Part shown: positions 46,653 through 53,232 of the stretch, one piece after another
Position numbering within the stretch: position 1 is the first letter of the stretch
How the letters are laid out: every line of letters begins with the position of its first letter
From: Candidatus Moraniibacteriota bacterium
Lineage (GTDB): Bacteria; Patescibacteriota; Minisyncoccia; Moranbacterales; GCA-2747515
DNA: 53,232 bases
Reading direction: 5' to 3'
Assembly (NCBI GenBank): GCA_038208115.1
Contig: JBBQZC010000002.1
Coordinates: 1 to 53,232, forward strand
The notes under the pieces: model-generated
What the model was told of the DNA's origin: nothing
The model's input: only the letters and a program-made list of their open reading frames with translations
Database searches by the model: none
Translations under genes and position numbers: made by a program

Positions 46653-48083
46653 CTATATTTCCTCCACAATCACCATATTAGTTGTTCCCTCCTTGTCAAA
46701 TGGAATACCAGCAACGATTACGATCTTATCGCCTTTTTTAGCATAACCGTTTTTTTCAACAAATTTTTTAGTATATGCAACTGTTTCTACAACAGTAGTA
46801 AATCTTTTCACCATATGCGCAAAACATCCAAATGATAATTGTAAATGACGCACTGTTTGGTCATGCGGTGTCAGCGCGATCAATTTACATGATGAGCGAT
46901 ATCGCGTTATTTTGCGTGCACTGAATCCAGATTCTGTCAGAGCTACGATTGCAACAGCATTGATGTTTTTGGCCATTTGTATTGCACTTTGCGATACAGC
47001 ATTTACTGTTCGTGATGCATGTTCTTGAGTGTCTTCTATGAGACGTGATGTAATTTCTTTTTCCGTTCTTATAGCGATTTCATTCATCATGCGAATTGCT
47101 TCAACTGGATGATTACCCACTGCACTTTCCGCAGAGAGCATAATCGCATCAGCACCATCCAAAATCGCATTTGCTACATCTGTTACCTCTGCACGCGTCG
47201 GCACTGGCGCATGAATCATGGACTCTAACATTTGTGTTGCAACGATTACTGGTTTACCAACTATATTACATTTCTTGATGATCATTTTCTGTAGATGCGG
47301 CACATCACATGCAGGCATTTCTACTGCAAGATCTCCACGCGCAACCATGATACCATCTGCGACAGTAATGATGTGATCGATACAATCAATTGCCTCTGGT
47401 GTTTCGATTTTTGCAATGATTTTGGCTTGTGATTGATATTTTACAAGTATTTTCCTGAGATCCTCCACATCTTTTGCACTTCGCACAAACGATAGCGCCA
47501 CAAAATCAACCTTATTTTTAATACCAAATTCAATAACATCTTTTTTATCCTTTTGCGTCAAGGCACTACAACTCAACCGTGCTCCTGGTACATTTATGCC
47601 ACGACGTGAACGGATCATGCCACCAACAATAACTTTTGTCTCAATTTCCGTTTTAGTTGTTTTTATTACAATTAATTTTTTTGTCCCATCATCAAGTAAA
47701 ATAGATTGTCCAATGCCTACTTCCAATGGAAGTTTTTCATAGTTTACGAAAACACGATCTTTATCACCGATCATTTTTTTTGTTGAAATAACAAATTTTT
47801 GTCCAACGATCAATTCAATACTTCCATCAATAAAATCCCCAATGCGGATTTTCACACCACCTAAATCCTGCAGGATTGCGATATTCTTTTTTGTTTTTTT
47901 TGCAGCATCATAAACCTTTCGCAATCGTTCATTATGTTCAACATGATCCCCGTGTGAAAAATTCAATCGCACAACATTCATACCTGCTTTCATCATCTTT
48001 TGTAATCTTTCTGCTGTCTCAGAAGCCGGTCCTACTGTTGCTACTATACGCGTTTTTTTATCATCATTTTTTTCCATATTCAT
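46653..48083 (-). CDS. pyk: Pyruvate kinase
   Basis: TRIVATVGPAS, RLNFSHG, IIAKIE, DGIMVARGDLAVE, ATQMLESM, PTRAEVTDVANA. Confidence 0.97.
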   Translation of the reverse strand: MNMEKNDDKKTRIVATVGPASETAERLQKMMKAGMNVVRLNFSHGDHVEHNERLRKVYDAAKKTKKNIAILQDLGGVKIRIGDFIDGSIELIVGQKFVISTKKMIGDKDRVFVNYEKLPLEVGIGQSILLDDGTKKLIVIKTTKTEIETKVIVGGMIRSRRGINVPGARLSCSALTQKDKKDVIEFGIKNKVDFVALSFVRSAKDVEDLRKILVKYQSQAKIIAKIETPEAIDCIDHIITVADGIMVARGDLAVEMPACDVPHLQKMIIKKCNIVGKPVIVATQMLESMIHAPVPTRAEVTDVANAILDGADAIMLSAESAVGNHPVEAIRMMNEIAIRTEKEITSRLIEDTQEHASRTVNAVSQSAIQMAKNINAVAIVALTESGFSARKITRYRSSCKLIALTPHDQTVRHLQLSFGCFAHMVKRFTTVVETVAYTKKFVEKNGYAKKGDKIVIVAGIPFDKEGTTNMVIVEEI

Positions 48084-48111
48084 TACTTATACTTATAAAA
48101 AAATCAATTTA

Positions 48112-48426
48112 TTATACAACTGCTAATCCATGTGCAATCCATGCATTAATACCTCCATCCATATTCACAACATCAAATCCTGCGTCTCGTAATATTCCAC
48201 ATGCATATTGTGAACGATTGCCACTTGCACAATATATGATAATCTTTTTATTTTTATCCACCTCATTCATATCCACGATAAGTCTATTAAGTGGGATAAG
48301 TTGAGCACCGTCAATATGCACATGCTGATATTCTTCTTCTGAGCGAACATCCAACAGTGACACTCTATCATGAGATTTCTCTAATATATCTTTTGCTTCT
48401 TTGGGCGATATTGACGAAATTTTCAT
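48112..48426 (-). CDS. Single-domain rhodanese
   Basis: LLDVRSEEEY...HIDGA, active-site YCASGNRS, MDGGINAW. Confidence 0.92.
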   Translation of the reverse strand: MKISSISPKEAKDILEKSHDRVSLLDVRSEEEYQHVHIDGAQLIPLNRLIVDMNEVDKNKKIIIYCASGNRSQYACGILRDAGFDVVNMDGGINAWIAHGLAVV

Positions 48427-48442
48427 AATAAAAAATCACAAA

Positions 48443-48973
48443 TTACGATTTATGCTGATTCCATGGCATCTTAATGAGCACTTTAGTCATAAGACAATTA
48501 CCACTAAAGCCCGCATAGATAAGTCCTACACTCATGCCTAATGGGATGAGCAAAAATAATTCATGAACAAGATATGATGCGATGATACTACCTGACACAG
48601 CCATACCCACAACAAGCAAAACTTGTTGCATAAGTGGGATGCGATTTTTCCCTTTGCCAATTGTTGGTAATTTTTCAATCTTCCACCCATTCAGACCGTT
48701 TGAAATATCAAAAAGATTCACAATGCCATTTTCTTCCAATATCTGACAGGCCATTGCTGATCTATTTCCACTTGCACAATAGACATACACATTCTCATAT
48801 CCTTTCAACTCTCCTACATGACTTTTAAGTTGATCCAAAGGAATATTAATCGAATGTGCGATACGATCCATATCATGCTCAGCTTCTGTACACACGTCCA
48901 CACAAATGTATTTCTCAAGTCCTTCCTTTTGCGTAATATTATAAAAATCACGCGGTGCAATGTGTTGAATCAT
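48443..48973 (-). CDS. Rhodanese-DUF2892 fusion (YgaP-like)
   Basis: YCASGNRS plus a C-terminal two-TM segment ending GFSGNCLMTKVLIKMPWN. Confidence 0.88.
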   Translation of the reverse strand: MIQHIAPRDFYNITQKEGLEKYICVDVCTEAEHDMDRIAHSINIPLDQLKSHVGELKGYENVYVYCASGNRSAMACQILEENGIVNLFDISNGLNGWKIEKLPTIGKGKNRIPLMQQVLLVVGMAVSGSIIASYLVHELFLLIPLGMSVGLIYAGFSGNCLMTKVLIKMPWNQHKS

Positions 48974-49109
48974 ATTTTTTTTAAAGCATTTATCATATTT
49001 ATTCTATCATATGGACTTTTGTTCAAATTTGCAATACGATAGCATTTTTACACTTACTGTTATCCACAGACCGTCTTTGACAAATGAATGAGATTCTGTT
49101 AAAACCAAG

Positions 49110-49358
49110 GTACGCTTCGTATCTTTAAAAATAAATTAATTATACAAAAGAAGAATTGATGCATCATTCTACCAAACAAAAAGATAGCCTCACGATATTT
49201 CGAACACTTGTGAGATGTTGGTAGCGAATACATGCGCGTGCCACGGACATACAAAATACATATACAAATAAAAAATACGTTGTGCACGATGAAACAATAA
49301 AAGATATAAAGCGTATTCAAAAAACGACTCCTACGGGTGAGGGGTCGTTTTCTTTTTT
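49110..49358 (+). ncRNA. Candidate structured non-coding RNA of unknown family
   Basis: Upstream TTGACA-N17-(TGt)TAAAAC; 17-bp 5'/3' closing stem (49110-49126 with 49300-49316); internal stems; terminator hairpin plus U-tract. Confidence 0.5.
49321..49358 (+). terminator. Intrinsic terminator
   Basis: AAAACGACTCCT-N7-AGGGGTCGTTTT-CTTTTTT; the G-U pair and longer U-tract favour the plus strand, though it could also terminate the converging MBL gene. Confidence 0.75.
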
Positions 49359-49384
49359 GCAAAGAAATTTCTATGTAGCTTATC

Positions 49385-50752
49385 TCAGAAATTAATATCT
49401 TGTACGTCACCTTGTCGTGGCACAACCGTTTCAATTTTGTATTTTTCTCTTATTTTATGTGCAAGAAATTGTGCAGATGGATATTCTCCCATCGCGACGA
49501 AGACTTTTTCGAGAGTATGTGCGCTGCTCGCAACATAGTCAATGAGATTATTACTATCTTTATGTCCAGAATACCCTTGAATGCTCTCTATCCGTGCATG
49601 AATACGCATCCATTTCCCATCAATATAAACCTTCCCTTTTTTCTTCTCTTGAATTTCTCGTCCGAGCGTACCAAATGCTTGATAACCAATGAATAAAATT
49701 GTGTTTTTACTATTACCGAGTAATTCTTTTTCATGCAATTGTATACGTCCTCCATTAGACATGCCGGAACTAGCAATTACAATTTTAGGATTTTCTTTTT
49801 TGTCTACCATATATGATTCTGCCACATTTTTAACGATGACAAACTGCGGAAAATCGAATATATCATCTCCTCGCTTGATCTCATCTTGCACGCGTAAATT
49901 GTATAATTTTCTATATCGCCGAAAAATCTCTGTGACACGCTGTGCAAGGGGCGCATCGAAATACACCGGCATTTCTGGTACACGTTTATGTTCAACAAGT
50001 TTATTGATCTCATATAGTAAAATCTGTGCACGTTGTAGCGCAAATGTCGGTATCAGAAGCGTGCCTTTTCGTTGATAGTTATTCCGAATCGCCTGCGCCA
50101 AGAGTTCTGTCCGTCCACGACGGCTCTCGTGGTTACGATCTCCATATACACTCTCCATCAAAAGATAATTTGCTCCAATTATTTTTTCTGTATCAGGTAA
50201 GATCAATTCTGGAGAATTACCCAGGTCTCCTGAAAAAACAATACGTCGCCCATCTCGTTCACACATCACCATCGCACTCCCAAGGATATGCCCAGCATCA
50301 TAAAATTCAGCCATAACCCCATCACCGAGTACAAATGGCTGATGATATTCGATACCCCGCCAAAGCGCCAACGCCTTTTCAATATCATCACGATCATAAA
50401 GCAAAGGGCAACCAAGTCTATCAGCTTCTTCAGTTAATATTTTTAGCGCATCATCAAACATCACTCGCGACAGATCCCTCGTTGCAGGTGTAGAATAAAT
50501 CACTCCACGAAATCCATCGTGTATAAGCTTTGGGATTTTACCGATATGATCCGCATGCGCATGCGTTACAATGAGCACATCCATATCTGCTGGATCATAA
50601 GCAAAAGCATTATCCCGTACATTGCATCTTCCACCTTCTTGGAGCAATCCGCAATCGATGAGTATTTTGCGTTGTCCCACATTAAACAGAAAATTTGCCC
50701 CTGTGACAGAACCTGCTCCACCATGAAATGTAATTGTTGATTTTTTCATCAT
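49385..50752 (-). CDS. MBL-fold beta-CASP metallo-hydrolase (RNase-like)
   Basis: IDCGL, THAHADHIG, AGHILGS, FSGDLG, MESVYG, YSGHKD. Confidence 0.92.
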   Translation of the reverse strand: MMKKSTITFHGGAGSVTGANFLFNVGQRKILIDCGLLQEGGRCNVRDNAFAYDPADMDVLIVTHAHADHIGKIPKLIHDGFRGVIYSTPATRDLSRVMFDDALKILTEEADRLGCPLLYDRDDIEKALALWRGIEYHQPFVLGDGVMAEFYDAGHILGSAMVMCERDGRRIVFSGDLGNSPELILPDTEKIIGANYLLMESVYGDRNHESRRGRTELLAQAIRNNYQRKGTLLIPTFALQRAQILLYEINKLVEHKRVPEMPVYFDAPLAQRVTEIFRRYRKLYNLRVQDEIKRGDDIFDFPQFVIVKNVAESYMVDKKENPKIVIASSGMSNGGRIQLHEKELLGNSKNTILFIGYQAFGTLGREIQEKKKGKVYIDGKWMRIHARIESIQGYSGHKDSNNLIDYVASSAHTLEKVFVAMGEYPSAQFLAHKIREKYKIETVVPRQGDVQDINF

Positions 50753-50819
50753 ATTTTTATTTTTTTCTTCTAATATAATACCAGGCTCACAGTGATCATC
50801 AGTTGATTTCTGTAAATAT

Positions 50820-51062
50820 TTATTCTCGTCTCAAACCGATCCTATCCAATAACAGTGCCATCGGACAATATCCTGTAAGTGCAAAGCTCATGAACATAAA
50901 CCCAATAAAAAGTGTAAAATAAAGCCATCTCTCATCAACAGCTAGTGCGAGAAATACTGATCCAAAAATAAAGAACCCCCCAATCAAATACACTGCACGA
51001 GGAATATGCCAATATCCCACACACAGACGATAGTGTTTTTCCTTTTCTTCTGTCATAATCAT
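50820..51062 (-). CDS. DUF2892 small membrane protein
   Basis: Two TM helices and FALTGYCPMALLL motif. Confidence 0.8.
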   Translation of the reverse strand: MIMTEEKEKHYRLCVGYWHIPRAVYLIGGFFIFGSVFLALAVDERWLYFTLFIGFMFMSFALTGYCPMALLLDRIGLRRE

Positions 51063-51088
51063 GATTTACAACTTATATGATCATTATA

Positions 51089-53232
51089 TCATATTTTCTC
51101 TTTTTTTTCTGAATTCTTTTTCCATGCATCTTTCTCGACAGCGTAATAGATCACAGGAAAAACGACAAGCGTAAGCAAGGTCGAAACTGTCAAACCAAAT
51201 ATCAATGCCCATGCAAGACCTTCCCATACAGGGTCAGAGACAATCGTGAGAGAACCCAATATTGCAGTAAGTGAGGTGAGAACAATCGGTAGTAATCTAA
51301 TACGACCAGTTTCCACAAGTGCTTTTTCCAAAACAATTCCTTTTTCGTGCAAAGGTTCTAGGTATTCGAGAAAAATTACTGAATTTTTAACAGACAATCC
51401 TGCCAAAGCAATCACTCCGATCATGGATGTTGCAGTAAAATATGTTCCTTTAACAATTTGTAGAAAAGCAAATCCTGGAAAAACACCAATGAGTCCCAAG
51501 GGGATACTCACCATGATAAGTAACGGGATATAAAATGATCGTATCTTTGTTGCAAGAACAAAATAGATCATGAAAATCGCAATGCCCATTGCAATACCGA
51601 GATCCCGAAATGCATCCAATGTTAATTTCCATTCACCATCAATTTCAATAGAATATTTTTCTCCTGTATTAACATCCGCATATGTTGCACCGAGAAGCGA
51701 CCATTCCATAAGATGACTCTCCCTTTCAGGAATGTGATAATTCTTTAAAATTTTCAGAAAATCGATTGTAGCATATACGACACTTCTATCACTCATTTCG
51801 CCAGAAACGTATGTCGTTTTTTGCCTTTCATCTGTGACAATTGGCACATCAAATGTCTGATTAGATATATGCACCAGATCTTTCAATGGCACAGCTATGC
51901 CATTTTGTGATATGACGGAAAGTGATGATAACACATCAATACTGTCACGATCCTCTCCCGTTAAACGTACTATAATGTATTCTTGCTCTGAATGATCAAT
52001 ACTTTTTTGATCCGCATGATACGTCCCAACTTGTGCACCTGAAATCGCCGTATGTACTGTTGAAGCGATTGACTGTGGCGATACGCCGAGCAATTGAGAT
52101 TTTTCTGTGTCGATCTGATATGTATAATGCAAAATATAGTCTGGTTTTGATACATCGATATCTACAACTCCAGAAATATTCTCCATAAGACGTGCAACAT
52201 CCATCGCAATCATATCTCGTATACGATCATCGCTTCCTTTGATTTTCAATAAAAATGTCGCTAGCACTGGTGGACCAGGTGGGTCTTCGACAACACGCAC
52301 CTGTAGACCTGAATTACTTTTTATATAATCTTTTACATCACTACGAAAGTGGCGAGCAATGTCTTCAGAAGAAACTGATCGATCTTCATGTGACGAAAGA
52401 TTTACACGCAACGTAGATTGCTGTTCAAATATGCGCATCGTGCTCCCTCGAAATAATCCATTAAAATCTACGACTGCAGCACTTCCAATGAAATATTCAA
52501 TTGTTTTAACATCTTCTTGCGCAATTAAAATATCACCAATATACTCTGCATGCTGTTTTGTTATTTCTGCCTTCGTACCTTCCGGAAGATCAACATATAC
52601 ATAAAATTGATCACGATCTGCTTTAGGAAGCATGCGAAATGGCACAAGTGGTGTTAAAGGCAATATAATTGATAAAATAAATATAATGCCAGCGCCACCA
52701 ATCATCATATGATATCTCTTCTTTTTTGCTAATATATACGTCAAAAAATTTCCATAATACTGTTCAAATTTTGCGAACCCTCGCAAAAAAATATGTGGTT
52801 TTTTTTCTAAATGATCCGATCTGGTAAATACAAGAGCAAGAAATGGATTGATTGTCACAGACAGAATGAGTGACGCAAAAAGTGCGACTGGTACAAAAAA
52901 TGGGATTGGACCCATATATGGACCCATCATACCCGTCACGAATGCCATCGGCACAAACGCCAGTGCCATCGTCACTGTCGAAAGAGATAATGCTGAACCA
53001 ACCTCATCAACAGCACGTACGATTACTATGCGCTTATCTTCTCCTGGATATAAACGAAAATATCGCGCAATATTTTCGATTACAACAATTGCATCATCTA
53101 CCAATAATCCCAATGAGAGTATCAATGCAAAAAGCGTAATACGATTGACTGTTTCGCCCCACAATAGACCCACTCCAAATACCACCAAAAGCACTAACGG
53201 AATTGATAAAGCTGCAACAAATGAATTACGCA
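51089..53232 (-). CDS. RND (AcrB/AcrD/AcrF family) efflux transporter permease, 5' end outside window
   Basis: TM4 GLLVDDAIVVIENI, GPIP, PPGPPV, TM10 GLSVKNSVIFLE, RLLPIVLTSLTAILG. Confidence 0.92.
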   Translation of the reverse strand, partial: RNSFVAALSIPLVLLVVFGVGLLWGETVNRITLFALILSLGLLVDDAIVVIENIARYFRLYPGEDKRIVIVRAVDEVGSALSLSTVTMALAFVPMAFVTGMMGPYMGPIPFFVPVALFASLILSVTINPFLALVFTRSDHLEKKPHIFLRGFAKFEQYYGNFLTYILAKKKRYHMMIGGAGIIFILSIILPLTPLVPFRMLPKADRDQFYVYVDLPEGTKAEITKQHAEYIGDILIAQEDVKTIEYFIGSAAVVDFNGLFRGSTMRIFEQQSTLRVNLSSHEDRSVSSEDIARHFRSDVKDYIKSNSGLQVRVVEDPPGPPVLATFLLKIKGSDDRIRDMIAMDVARLMENISGVVDIDVSKPDYILHYTYQIDTEKSQLLGVSPQSIASTVHTAISGAQVGTYHADQKSIDHSEQEYIIVRLTGEDRDSIDVLSSLSVISQNGIAVPLKDLVHISNQTFDVPIVTDERQKTTYVSGEMSDRSVVYATIDFLKILKNYHIPERESHLMEWSLLGATYADVNTGEKYSIEIDGEWKLTLDAFRDLGIAMGIAIFMIYFVLATKIRSFYIPLLIMVSIPLGLIGVFPGFAFLQIVKGTYFTATSMIGVIALAGLSVKNSVIFLEYLEPLHEKGIVLEKALVETGRIRLLPIVLTSLTAILGSLTIVSDPVWEGLAWALIFGLTVSTLLTLVVFPVIYYAVEKDAWKKNSEKKEKI

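Noticed and set aside
49099-49434. 111-aa minus-strand ORF
   Set aside because: It overlaps the MBL gene end, crosses the terminator and has unprotein-like composition; the RNA interpretation on the other strand fits better.
401-53139. Numerous plus-strand ORFs of 60-215 aa in the six-frame track
   Set aside because: They are antisense shadows of well-supported minus-strand genes, with no motifs or start signals.

Overview
AT-rich bacterial chromosome segment with almost all genes on the minus strand. It uses genetic code 11 (TGA is a stop) and most genes have weak or no Shine-Dalgarno signals. Gene content and style suggest a Patescibacteria/CPR (Parcubacteria, Moranbacteria-like) genome; this is an inference. 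Housekeeping genes (trmH-family methylase, rlmH, photolyase, lgt, P-type ATPase, recO, ileS, radC, lemA, argS, pyk) are mixed with cell-envelope enzymes and orphans. Three highlights. (1) A five-gene Ehr/Hyf-like complex (6649-13870): the large subunit lacks the NiFe ligands and the small subunit has all four canonical [4Fe-4S] cysteines replaced, so no redox cofactor is predicted. It lies directly downstream of a CsoSCA-like beta-carbonic anhydrase, suggesting a possible CO2/bicarbonate-coupled ion-translocating system. (2) An Ile T-box riboswitch with an ultrashort Stem I and an intrinsic terminator, separated from ileS by a GT-C glycosyltransferase gene. (3) An unannotated ~245-nt structured RNA candidate on the plus strand (49110-49358) with its own promoter and terminator. 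There are also two pseudogenes, a small Cys/His ORF missed by the ORF track and several Cys-rich orphans. I saw no rRNA, tRNA, CRISPR array or transposase. All assignments come from reading motifs by eye; no searches were run.
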